Source: Selaginella moellendorffii
Lineage: Eukaryota; Plantae; Lycopodiophyta
NCBI RefSeq assembly: GCF_000143415.4
Contig: NW_003314305.1
Location: forward strand, 805,709 to 869,708
Length of the DNA: 64,000 nt
Direction of reading: 5' to 3'
Both the position numbers and the translations under genes were made by a program. The notes under the pieces are model-generated. The model was not told where the DNA came from and ran no database searches. It saw only the letters and a list, made by a program, of their open reading frames with translations. Of this stretch, positions 12,096 through 24,148 are shown piece by piece. Positions within the stretch are counted from its first letter, which is position 1; each line of letters starts with the position of its first letter.

Positions 12096-12370
12096 AAGTT
12101 CCCTGCGGGAAAACCTTTGCCTCCTTCAAAGACTTGGTATTCCCTATCGCTGTCAACAAGGGATTCCGGCATCTCAGCAAACAAGCCTCCGCTCTCAACG
12201 CTCACATTGAGTCGAAGATTCCATCTTGTCAAAGAAGCTTTTCCACTTGTCTAGAAGACCATCTCCCTCGTATCTTGTCCTCTGGCTCCACAGTCTTGCA
12301 CTGTGCTTGTTTGCATGCTGGTAAGTCCCATGCTCTTGGTCTGCTTCTCTCAATTCTGTTTTATTTTAAT

Positions 12371-12470
12371 NNNNNNNNNNNNNNNNNNNNNNNNNNNNNN
12401 NNNNNNNNNNNNNNNNNNNNNNNNNNNNNNNNNNNNNNNNNNNNNNNNNNNNNNNNNNNNNNNNNNNNNN
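12371..12470. other. Assembly gap (100 N)
   Basis: Run of 100 n. Confidence 1.
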
Positions 12471-13903
12471 TCACTTTCTAGGATAGTGGTGACCAAAAAA
12501 CACAACTCTCTGGATGATGGAGGACAAGTTCCAAGCTTCTTCCAGCATTTCTCACTCCTGAAATCCATACGTGAATTGTGAGATCAAGAAGATCATACAT
12601 GCCAAAGGAAACGGGAAGATCTGTTTGATCCCAACTCTTACATCAAATAAGCTTCTTTCAATTCTTTATGAGCATGCTAGGTTTTTGGATATTTTTGTTG
12701 GAACACCATCCGATCGAGCAAGACTGCTTGCAAGAGATGATGTACGGCTTTTTCTTTTGTTTTCTTTGTTTTTTATTGGAAATTTTTTTTTCTGCCTTGA
12801 GCTTGCAGCACTTTCGTTCTATAATTTCTTTCTATTTGGAGAGCTTACATGCCAGTGATTCTGATTCTATTTGTTCTTGCAAAGCTTGGTAGATTTGTTT
12901 TTTTTTTTTTCCATTTTTATGCTGATTTCCATTCGAATTGCAGGAACAACAAAGGTCTGCTGTTTATTCATGCATGCATCTGGTGGACTCTTACAAAACT
13001 TTCCCATGTCAGAGGAAATAGACAATGGGGCAACAAGCAAGAACAAGAAGAGGCGGGTGGATGCAGTCAATCAGGCGTGGAAGATCTTTGCAACAGATTA
13101 CGAGGAAGGTCCTGCGCTGGAAATAATATTTCCTTGCTTGTTTTCTGTTCTTTTTGACGTTGCTAGCAGAACATGTACAAGGATCTGGCCTCCAAGTTCC
13201 AGCAAACCTTGTGATAAAACTCCGGTGCGCAGGGAAGAGCGACAAAGATGAAATTGCCACAGAAGACGACCGCGATTGCGCTTGCCACCTTGCCGCATCT
13301 TCATCTCCAATCTTTTTCCCCTAGGGCTAAATGGTCGGCTTTTGCTTTGCTTTTTGGAGGAGAATCTTCTCATTCCAGCTCAAAAACGCTGTGAAAACCT
13401 CGAGCGGCACTGAAGCACATGTAACTGAAGTGGCTTGTTCATCTTAATCCCTAGTGATTTTTATGAGAATAAACTACAAATCGCTAGATGCAAGCAAGAG
13501 CCAAAAGTATGACTGCTGGCACGATGAAGTTTATAATCCTTTGTTTGTGCTCCTGAACATCCATTCCCAGGCATCAGCAAGAATATAAAACCATAAGTAC
13601 CTTGCATTGGCGACTCCATGCTGGAGCTCAATGTCGTCTCCTGTGATATCAGCTTATCCAAAGCTTTCGGACGCCAACGATAAATGGCCAGACCAAATAA
13701 AACATGTTACTAATTTGGAACGACCAAGAACATTAAAAATTTCTCTAGAGAAACGACCAAGCATAGGGAACTACTCCGGAAATTTTCTCGAGAATCGAAC
13801 TTGAGATCTTATTTGTCCTCGTGATTCAACTCGAGACCTTGTAAGTCCAACTTGAAAGGCCCTATTTGAGTGAGAAAGTTTTTTGCCTTGCATGTGACGA
13901 GCA

Positions 13904-16170
13904 ATGGACGAGGCGCTCCTTGGCGAGCGAGGAATCCAAGCTCGCGCGAGCCGATCTCTCATGGATTCCAAGCGACCGAGGATTTTCACTGTTCTTGGCG
14001 TGCTTGTCGCTGGTAAGAATGGAGAGATTCGTTGCTCCTGGTCGAAATTTCCATCGAAATATCTGTCTGGAATGTGGTCGCAGCTGTTTCTACCATCGCG
14101 ATCGTGGTTCTTGGTGTCAAGATCATCGATGCGAGGGACTCTCTGGCGCCATCGCCAATACGATCGCTAGCGAGCGCCGGCGGCGGCCAGATCTGCGAGG
14201 CGGACAATGGCGTCGTGGCGTCGGACGACGAGCGCTGCTCCATCGTCGGAAGGGATGCGCTTGCCCGGGGCGGCCATGCGGTCGACGCTGCCGTGGCCAC
14301 GGCCGTTTGCGAGGGCGTCGTCAATCCCATGTCCAGTGGCATTGGCGGCGGCGCGTTCTTGCTCCTGCGACTCGCCAATGGCTCCGCCATCGCCTATGAC
14401 ATGCGCGAGACCGCCCCAGCCGCGGCATCCAAGGTACTTGGAATTCTTTTTCTTTCTTTCATTGCATTCCATCCACGAAGAACTCCTCTCTCTTTTTTTC
14501 CAGGACATGTACGCAAAGAACCCATCCTCTAAAGTCGATGGTGCTTTGTCCGCGGGAGTTCCTGGCGAGCTCGCTGGACTCCACCTCGCGTGGCAGCACT
14601 TTGGAAGGCTGCCCTGGAAATCGCTCTTCGAGCCGGCCATCAAGCTAGCCCGGGATGGATTCGTGGTAACAGCTTACCTGGAATTTGAGATTGCTCAGAG
14701 TCTCAAGGGGATTCTAGCCCACAGAACGCTTCGACAGTTCCTCTCGCCGAATGGGAAGCTGGTGAAAGCTGGTGATGTTCTTCGCAACGAGGAGCTGGCC
14801 AGGACGCTGGAGCTGATTGCCAACGAAGGGCCGGGTGTTCTCTACGGTGGTGTTATCGGCGAGAAGCTAGCAGCGGACGTCCAAGCAGCTGGAGGAATTA
14901 TCACGATTGACGACTTGCGAGACTACGAAACTGCCGTTAGAGAAGCTGTGACAAGCGATGTTATGGGACTCACTGTTCTTGGAATGCCTCCTCCATCTTC
15001 GGGAGGGGCTACGCTAGCACTGGTATCTTTCCATTTTTTTATAGAATGTTTCTTTTGTCTCTTTGCTCACACTTGACGTGCAGGTGTTTAATATCCTCTC
15101 CAACTTTGACGATCTCGCTTCTGTGCCGGATGATTTATTCTACCACCGGCTCGTCGAGGCTTTCAAGCACGCCTACGCGGTGCGAATGAACCTTGGAGAT
15201 CCGGGCTTTGCCAACATCTCGCGTGTAATGCAAGACATGCTTTCTCCCGACTTTGCCGTGAAGCTTTACACGTCTATTCTGGATAACACAACCTTTGGGC
15301 CAGAGCACTATGGAAGCAAGTAAGCAGAAAGTTTCTCTCCGTTTCTTTTGCTGACCATTAGGTGCATTGATCAATATAGATGGAACCAACTGGTTGATCA
15401 CGGCACTTGCCATTTTGGAATCATCGACCAGGATCGGAATGCGTTGTCAATGACTACCACGGTGAACTGGCGATTTGGATCCATGCTGCTTTCGAAATCC
15501 ACGGGTATCTTGCTGAACAACGAAATGAACGATTTTGCTGTTCCGAAAGCCGTGGTGCGAGGCGAATTTCCTCCGGCCGAAGTGAACTTCGTCGCCCCCA
15601 ACAAGAGACCACTTTCATCCATGTCCCCCACTATAGTTTTGCAGGTAAATGCTCTCTCTTAGCCTTTGTATGCCCGAAACGCCATCTCTGACTTAAACAA
15701 TGCAGGATGGACAGCTGAGAGCCGTGCTAGGGGCAAGCGGCGGCATTAAAATCATCACTGGCGTTGCTCAAGTCTTTCTAAACTATTTCGTTCGTGGCAA
15801 GGACGCCTTGCATTCGGTCACGACTCCGCGCGTCCACCACCAGGTCGGGGAAGGAAAACGTTTCTCTTCCTCGCTGAAACTTTTCTCTTTGTTTGCCTTG
15901 CAGCTTGTCCCAAACGAGGTCGAATGCGAGGACTGGACGCTGGTAACAAACGAGCTCGTGGAAGTTCCAGAGGTGATCAGAGATGGATTGTCAGCGAGGC
16001 AGCACAAGGTTGTGGAGACGACAGGCTACTGCGTCACGCAGCTCGTCCTCCACGATCTTCACGTCCCGGCCATAAATCACAAGCCCTCTCTTAATAACAG
16101 CACTGTCTACTTTGGGAGGATCACTGGCGTCAGTGACTACAGGAAGCATGGGTCCCCCGCGGGTTTCTAG
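13904..16170 (+). CDS. GGT: Gamma-glutamyl transpeptidase (type II membrane anchored), about 7 exons
   Basis: GGHAVDAAVATAVCEGVVNPMSSGIGGG, DMRETAP, VPGELAGL, MPPPSSGG, DHGTCHF (Thr nucleophile), LLNNEMNDF, KRPLSSMSP, GASGG and SDYRKHG. Short GT-AG introns and an N-terminal TM segment. Confidence 0.95.
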
Positions 16171-16232
16171 AAAATTAAAAGTTATTTATTGTCTAGAAAT
16201 ATATTTTTTATTTTTAAAGTATCCTCAGACTA

Positions 16233-17332
16233 ATGGAGAAATATATTTGCCTTTACGCAATCTTTTTTGTTAGGGTAATCCTTTTATTAGGGTTTACACA
16301 ATCCTTTTTGTTAGAGTATTTTGCTAGTGATATAAACAATTTTTATACTGTTGAGGAAGAGTTTGGTTGTGGTGGCCAATCTATCATGTATAAGATTAAA
16401 TGCAAGGCAGACAGTAAGTTTTTCGCATGTAAGTCAATTTGAATTAGCAACTACTCAAGCAAGGATTTAATCATCGATGACACACTCTCGAATGAAGGCC
16501 TGCGAGAGGAAGCTGAGGTGGAGATCGAGGCACTGGTGCATCTCTCAACCATCATTGATCAAGTAACCATAAAACGAAGAGCAATAGTGGAGCCATGGTA
16601 CCTGAGCTTGTGGAGGTTTTCAAGGATGAGGATTACTACCACCTTGTCATGGAGTTGTGCCAGTGCTTGCTAAAGGATGTACTACTAAAAAAAAAGAGGC
16701 TTAACGAGCATGAAGCTGTAATTGTGATCAAGCATATGACCAAGGCAGTGCACAAGATGCATAGGAGGGGCATTGCTCACAGGGATATCAAGCCTGGAAA
16801 CATCCTTCTAGGGTTTGGGAAGAGCTTTGTTGGGAATGTAAAATTGGCAAACTTTGGAACATCATTAAGGTTTTCAAAGAAGGGGTCTCCACCAGGTATA
16901 ATCATGAGGGGGATGGTTAGGACATAGAGGTATAAGGCTCCTGAGATGTCATCTCCTGACTGTGTTTATGATGAGAGGGTTGACATGTGGAGTGTGGGGA
17001 TTGTCCTTTATGAAATGTTGTCTGGGAAGTGTGCATTTCCAAAGCTGGCATCACGGGAAATCGAGAAGAGATTGAGATGTTTGAAAAATTTGTCAACAAG
17101 CCCTTTTGACTGGATAAGTATGAGTGACCAAGCTAAGAAACTTATTTTGCATTTGCTCAACATGGACTCTGAGAAGAGGCTGTCTTTGCGGAAAGTGAAG
17201 AAACATCCTTGGGTAATGAGGAATTTATCAAGTTCACAACACGAATTGACAATGAAAAAGCTCCAGGATCAAGCAAAAGCAAGGAAGATGAGTTTAAAAT
17301 TGGTTTTCCAGCAGCCAAAACTTGGGAAATAA
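16233..17332 (+). pseudogene. Intronless CDPK/PPCK-like Ser/Thr kinase pseudogene
   Basis: FGCGGQS, FACKSI*, YHLVMELC, HRDIKPGN, KLANFG (DFG changed to NFG), YKAPE, DMWSVGIVLYEMLSG and HPW. In-frame stops at ~16440 and ~16925. Confidence 0.8.
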
Positions 17333-17792
17333 TATTAAACATTAGAATGATAGAGCCAAAAAAGATTAAATTGTGATGTGTGAATAAAGTATGGCAAACT
17401 ATTCATTCAGAGATCATTTACATGCAATTTTGTAACTAAACTGTAAAAACATACAATTTTGATATACAAAGCACCAAGAAATAGGGCTTTCGTAAAAACT
17501 GAAGTTTCTTTATGTTGTATAATCAGATGACGTGGCAGAATACATTGATATATCACCAATATCTTCTGTGACTGCTACTGTGACTGAGCAAATGTAGTTT
17601 TATTTATTTCATAGAATGGAATTAAAGTGAAATTATAATTACAAATCAGCATAAGTAAACAAAAAAGAGGGAAAAACGAAGGCTTTGAAACGGTTATTGT
17701 TCAGTGGCCAATCAACTGACATTTCAACTGAAGCTGCGGAAGCTGGTCGCGCAAAATGCCGGGAGTCGGATGAAAAGACAAAGTAAAAAAAG

Positions 17793-18470
17793 ATGTCGGA
17801 GCAGCAGCAGCAGCAGCGGCACGACCACCACCACCAAAATCTCCAAAGTCACCCCCAAAATCTCTCCTCCCACCACCAAAATCTCTCCCTCCACCTCCAA
17901 AATCACCACCAAACTCAAAATCACCACCACAGCCACCACTACCACCACCACCACCACCACCAGCAGTCGAGCGCCACCTCCGCCTGCGCAGCTTGCCGAA
18001 ACCTCCGGCGGCGCTGCACGCCCGAGTGCCTGTTCGCGCCATACTTCCCGCCGGACCAGCCCGAGCGCTTCGCCAACGTTCACAAGGTCTTCGGCGTCTC
18101 CAACGTGAGCAAGATGCTCAACGAGCTCCCCGTCTGCTTCCGCGAGGATTGCGTCAACACTTTGGCGTACGAGGCGGACATGCGAGTGAAAGATCCAATC
18201 TATGGCTGCGTCGGTGTCATCTCCGTGCTCCAGCAAAGGGTGGCGTGTCTCCAGGCCCAGCTCGCGCACATACACGAAGCTTTTGCTCTCGCCGCCGCCA
18301 CTAGCGCCGCTGCCGCTGCCGCCACCGCCGCCGCCAACTCCCACCACTCGGGCTTCTCCGTCGCCGCCGCTACTGCAGCTACCGCCGCTACCACCACCGC
18401 CACCACTGCCACCACCGTCGCCGCCGCCGCCGCTACCACAGCCTCTGACTCTACCTCACAGGGCAAGTGA
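17793..18470 (+). CDS. Class I LOB-domain (LBD/ASL) transcription factor
   Basis: CAACRNLRRRC zinc motif, FAPYFP, FANVHKVFGVSNV, LAYEADMRVKDPIYGCVG and a leucine zipper. His/Gln-rich N-terminus and Ala/Thr-rich C-terminus. Confidence 0.95.
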   Translation: MSEQQQQQRHDHHHQNLQSHPQNLSSHHQNLSLHLQNHHQTQNHHHSHHYHHHHHHQQSSATSACAACRNLRRRCTPECLFAPYFPPDQPERFANVHKVFGVSNVSKMLNELPVCFREDCVNTLAYEADMRVKDPIYGCVGVISVLQQRVACLQAQLAHIHEAFALAAATSAAAAAATAAANSHHSGFSVAAATAATAATTTATTATTVAAAAATTASDSTSQGK

Positions 18471-18645
18471 TAATTTACAGGCTCTCTCCTCTCTATCTCT
18501 ACACTCTCTTTTTCACAAAACTACACTCTTTTTTACAGCAAAAATCTTTTTTTTTCTCCATTTTTTTGCTCGGTCTTTCTTTACAACGTGATAGTATCTT
18601 ACAAAGGTTTCTCCTTTTTTTCTTCTTCCATTTCGTGGATCTCTT

Positions 18646-20564
18646 TTATTCTTCTAGCTCCTCGAGTGTTACGTAGTAGTCTTGTATGGAGCTCCCTCTC
18701 TTGACGCTCACCTGGAAGCGAAGTATAATTGGAGAGGAGTGAGGAGAATTTAGAGCTGCTTACCCTCACGACTTCTTCGATGCAGCGCTCGTCGATCAGT
18801 GCGAGAAGATCTTCCACGGTTTTCACGGCCTGCGAAGAAAGATAACTTTAAACAAGGAGAGAAAGAGACTTGTCACGAACCTCGCCATTGATAGCAACGA
18901 TGACGTCTCCAAGAACCAATCTTCCATTCTCATCTCTTGACGTAGCTGCCACGCAAAGAAACCGAAGTTTCTAAGATGGAAAAAACAAAAAAAAACCACC
19001 AAAGTTGTGTGTCTCACAAACCTTTCAAACCCGCTTGAGCAGCAGCACCGTTTGAAGATAATCCCAGCACCAAAACTCCAGTCACTCCCAGCTGCCTCGT
19101 CTGGCTCTCACTCGCACAAACAATCCCCAAGCCCGGCCTCACAACTTTCCCATCGCGAATAATCTGGTTTATCACCCTTCGCACGGTGTCCACCGGGATC
19201 GCAAAGCCAACACCGGCGCTGGCCCCGGTCGGCGAGTAAATCGCAGTGTTCACGCCTATCAGTCGTCCTTGTGAATCCAGCAAAGGCCCTCCAGAGTTTC
19301 CAGGATTTATCGAAGCATCGGTTTGGATCACACCACGAATGATCCTTCCACCGATGCTTCTGATATCTCTGCCGACACCGGAGATAATTCCACTCGTGAG
19401 TGTTCTGTCGAGTCCAAAAGGATTTCCAATCGCGAGTACGTGTTGGCCAACTTGGAGTCCCTGGATCAAGTAGAAACTGTCAAGAACTGGGAAGAAAAAC
19501 AAGAAAACAAGAAAGAAGTGAGGAGCACCTGTGAAGTACCAACGCTGATTGGTTTTAGCTTGGATGGCGGTGCCGAGATCTTGAGCACTGCGAGGTCCTT
19601 GTTCTTCGCATATCCAACCAGAGTTCCGTCCCAAGTGCTGGCATCTGAGAGTGTTACTCGAGCTCGTTCGCCGTTCATGGTGACGTGATAGTTCGTGACG
19701 ATATGACCATCTTTGTCCCACACGAATCCGCTGCCAGTTCCTCGAGGGATCTCAACGGGATTCATCGACATGTCTTTGCCGAGTCGAAGCGTTGTGATGT
19801 GAGCCACGGAGGGGCTGCAGTCTTGGAAGAGTTTTATGCTGTTCTTCTCGGCGTCCAGCCACCAATCTGTGAGAAAAAAGAGAATTTTTGAGTCCAAAGT
19901 CGTACTGCGAACAAGTCTAACCTCCAAACAGATAAACACGTCGAGCAAAGTCGTGCCTCACGCAAGCAAACAAAAGAAAAAACTATGGCTAAAGAAAAAG
20001 ACTTACCTTCTACAGGGGGTGAAGAGCCATGGAGGAGCTCGTAAGAGAGATGCGGCGGAGGCTCAGCGCCCTCGAGGTATTGTTGCAGCAGCCTCTTCGC
20101 AGCAGGAGGAATGAAGTTCTTGGTCTTCTCCAGCCTCTCGACGAGCTCCTTTCTCTCGAGGCAGTCACGGTAATCCACACCGCCTGCATCTAAAACTCTC
20201 TTGAGCTGACTCACTCGCAAAGCCGATAGATTACTGCTCTTGCCGGAAGAAGGCGCAGGAGAGCTCTTCGATCTTGCTCGATCGTCGGAAACCAAGAACG
20301 CCCTGATGACGCTGGGCCGAGGAGCCGACGTCTTTGGCTGTGCCTGTAAGTTTCCGATAAACTCTGTCACCATAGCCAGCAAGAACGCAAGAAGAAAAGG
20401 AACTTTGGTAGCTAGGAATGGAGGAGAGAAACAAATACCTGCGCAAAGGAGCTCCTCCTCAGCCAGATTCTCGTCCTGCCACTGAATTCCAGCATTCTTC
20501 TCGCGAGCTGCGACGACGAGGGCGAAGATCCGGACAAGTGAAAGCCGCAACTTAGAGCCGCCAT
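18646..20564 (-). CDS. Deg/HtrA serine protease (Deg1/Deg8-like) with predicted transit peptide, SAP/HeH-like insert and PDZ domain
   Basis: [46 protein letters not shown] and a PDZ tail ending ...VTLEELEE*. Ser/Arg-rich N-terminus [14 protein letters not shown]. Multi-exon. Confidence 0.9.
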
Positions 20565-20957
20565 TCTTCCTGCCTGGAAGAAAACCACCAAAAGAGGGAC
20601 TTTTATGCATGGATTCACCTCAAAACAACCGACTTTAAACTTGCCTGTGAGCTCTCGTCGCGGCGGATAAACAGTCCGGCCTCCATTGGAATTTATGCTG
20701 CGCTTTCCTCCAAGGCTCCGTACGAAGAGCTCGCGCCCCATTGGTGCCGTACAGAGGTCGCTGTTCCACGTAGGCAGCGTGATGTCGGTCCGGGGCTCGA
20801 AACTTAAGAGCGTCAAAACTATGGTTTTGTTCTAACAGATAGAAGCGAGAGTGAAAGTGGAGCTTCTCCTCTCTCCTATAGAAGCACAGCTTTACAAAAG
20901 AGATCCATGTTTAATCTTCTCGCGGGAGAAGATTGGATGGATCGAGCGATCGATCAA

Positions 20958-21933
20958 TCAGGCCTGGTCGTCATCGTGATTAGATTCATCAAAACTGGGA
21001 GTCTCGGGATGGTCTTCCTCCTGAGAGCCAAAGCAAGAAAAACTCGATGTAAGATCGGCTGGTTGTCACTGGAAAGAAAGAGAAAGCTATGGTTTAAGAC
21101 TGGTTTAAGACTGGCGAGCGAATGAAATGAATGAATCGAAATGCATTCTTTTCGAGCTTGGGTACCATTTTTTTTTTCTAATCTGTAGAAGTGCTTGCCT
21201 TGTCAGAAGACGATGCCCTCCCGCTGTAGCGCTGTGGATCAACCAAAACAACACGAAACGAGAAAAAAAATCAGACTTTTACTCCACGAGACGGAAGGAA
21301 AATAAAATGGTTTTTACCTGTTTACCGATGGAGAATGGAATGTATCTATGCTTCACCATGTGAAGTATTTGTCTCTTCATCGTGAGGAACAAAAGCACGA
21401 CCCAGTAGATCACCAGGATTGGCCAAAACACTGGAACGTCGAATATCGGGAAGAAGGTCATCACGAAAGCAATGCCGATAGCTCTCGTCAAACCATACCT
21501 GCAAGAAGATGGAGAAAAAATCAGACCTTGAGCAAGGAATCGAGCAAAGATGACACTCTTCGCACAAAAGAAGAAGAATTCCAGCTTACCAGCACTTGAA
21601 TTCCGGGAGCCTCCTCATAAACGGCCGGAATTCATCGCTCTCCTTGACAATGTGCGGCAAAACCGGGCCCTCGTACTCGGGATCCACTTGCGGCGAGAGA
21701 AATCCGATGAGGAGATTGAGAAGATAGATCCCCAGAGCGTACGTGATGACATAGAATCCCTCCAGGTAGTACACCCTGATGCCATAGATCGACGCCGCCA
21801 CCAGCGTCCCCAGCCAGCGCCACATCGGGAATGGCGTCCATCGATCCAACACCTGCTGGAGCTTGCGCGACACGGAGCTCCGCCATTGCGCAGCAGTGGA
21901 CACTGGATCTGCCTCCACGGCGCCTTCCATCAT
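20958..21933 (-). CDS. RER1: RER1 cis-Golgi retrieval receptor
   Basis: [45 protein letters not shown] and [17 protein letters not shown]. Ends at 21178 or, via a GC-AG intron, at 20958. Confidence 0.95.
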
Positions 21934-22082
21934 CTTCCTTTCCCCCTTCTCTGCCCAAACCCTAGCCTAGCCCTAAAATTCCAAGATCTAGAGCCCTTGG
22001 AAAAGTAAACATTTGAAATGCTCTGTTTTTAGGGCTCTTTAGGGTTTCGCGTTCTAGGGCGATCGGCGATCGGCGATCCGCG
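21934..22082. promoter_or_regulatory. Bidirectional promoter with telo-box-like motifs
   Basis: 149 bp between two divergent ATGs. AAACCCTAG near 21957 and TAGGGTTT near 22040. Confidence 0.65.
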
Positions 22083-23625
22083 ATGGTGGTCTGCGCGTGC
22101 CGCAAGGTGAGTCCTGTCCTCGTTCTGCGAGGATCTCTAACTCAATCCATCCAGGGGCGCGGCAGGCCACGCGAATCTACTGCTATTGCCACTCTCTCGC
22201 GCTCTGCGGTGAATGCGTGTGCGCGGATCAGCACAAGATTTGCGTGGTGAGTGAGTGAGTGAGTGAGCGCGCGAGCTCTGTAGATCGATTTTTCCTCTTC
22301 CAGCTAGCGATCTCTTCTCACAGCGGCTGTTGTGATGGGAATCTTTTAGGTGCGAACTTATCCCGAGTGGGTGATCGACCCTGACTACTCGTGGCCTCCA
22401 AAATGTAGCGTTTGCGATGAGGAGCTTCGTGAAGATCAAGCGGTGTCCAGACTGGGATGTCTACGTGAGTTCTTCTTCTTCTTCTTTTGTCTTTGCTTCG
22501 ACTTAACGCGAGCTTCTCTTCTACAGATGCTTTGCATTCTTCCTGCTTGGAGTCACACCTCAAGAGCTTCCCAGATCATACAGCTCCGGCTGGTTATGGA
22601 TGTCCAGAGTGTGGCTTGCCGGTAAGAATTTCTTTTTTTTTATTCCGGTCTCGTAAGCTATGGGTTTAAGCTGTGACTCGTTTGAATCAGCTTTGGCCTC
22701 CACCGCCAAAGAACTTTCGAAACTTCAACGTTGGTCTTCCTTTGAAACTCAGGGAAGCGATAGCACAGGTAACTCTTTGCAAATTCTCGAATTCTGTCTC
22801 TAACTGAGAATAAAAACTGTGACATTGCAGGCTGGCCTCGCAGGAACTTTGCTGGGAGGTGACTTGACGAATCCGGATGCCGCACCGGCAGCGTTTTCGT
22901 CCATGCCTCTCGTCTCTACCATCGGGATCCCGGAGAAGAGCGCGCTTGAAGGCCACCAACCTGTCTCGACAGTGAGCGAGATATCTGCTGTGGATGAGCC
23001 GTCATCTACTGCTCCAGTGGCCTCCACCTCTGCAAATACTTCGCCATCTCCCAATGTTTCGTCCCAAATGGTCAGGCTTTCCCTGTCTTTTGCTTTCCTG
23101 TTCACTGATTCTTTCTGCGTGTGTTCCAGGCAAATTCTCTAGCAAGGAAAAATTCCTACCGGCCGGAGAAGGTTGTCATAGGATCAATGCCTTACATCGA
23201 CGATGATGGTGACGATGAGGACGCAATCAGTAGAAAATATGCCCGTCGTGGTAAGCTGGATTTCTGCTCGAAGGAAATTCGTTTTTTGATTGATTGATTC
23301 CACCAGGGCCCTTCTACAAGCAACTTTTGACGCACATCCTACCGTTTTGGTCCCCCGCATTGCCAACTTTGCCAGTGACAAATCCCAACCTGCGGAAAGA
23401 TGGCGATGAAGACCGTGGCGAGCTTCACTCTCGTCGTCGCCATCACCGGCATTCAACCGTTGATCCGAGAAACATCCTCTTCGTTTTTGCGATCCTGTAA
23501 GTTATGACACAGGGCCTTCTTCTCCTTTTCCTCCTCTCACTCCATTTTCCAGGTCTTGCATTGCGACAATGTTGCTGCTGTACTACCGCTTGATCCAAAA
23601 CTCGTCCCTGGCAACAACGTCGTAA
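22083..23625 (+). CDS. ZFPL1: Zinc finger protein-like 1 homologue (B-box/RING-PHD-like, C-terminal TM)
   Basis: Exons MVVCACRK, ATRIYCYCHSLALCGECVC..HKICV, VRTYPEWVID.DYSWPPKC, LHSSCL...TAPAGYGCPEC and a hydrophobic tail LFVFAILSCIATMLLLYY. Confidence 0.85.
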
Positions 23626-24148
23626 GGAAAAACAAAGACAGCGTATTCCCTGTTTGCTGCTTTGTCACCTCAATCTCAGAAACGTTTCCACTCCTTTGCT
23701 TTCAGTGGCCAACTTGGTGTGTCCTTCGATTCAGCCAGGCAAAAAAAAAAGGAGAGAACGAGCGAATAAAGATTAAAGAATGGTACCATGTTGGTGTCTG
23801 AAGAACGCAGCAACCACATGGATTCCACTGGTGGCTGCCTTCGCGTCATTGATTCCAGTTTGAGGTCTGGCCTATTTCTTCCTTTTTTTCTATGTTTGGT
23901 TCTTCTTTTCCCCGAGATGATGAGACTCAAACTTCCAGGCTTGCTTTCGCCTGGCCTCTTTGAATTCCTCTTACTTACAGTGGGATTATTGTTTCCAAGT
24001 TTCTTTCTCTAGCCTAGACGGAACGAATCGAGCGGCGAACTGATCTTCGCTACCGAAAAATCTATCGATCAATCGTAAGAAGCTTCTCTCCTCGTTTTTT
24101 TGGCCTTTTTCTTTTCTCTCCCATTGGTCCTTGAACTGGATCTAGCTA

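Noticed and set aside
17701-18591. Overlapping alternative-frame and antisense ORFs at the LBD gene
   Set aside because: They are by-products of GC-rich trinucleotide repeats.
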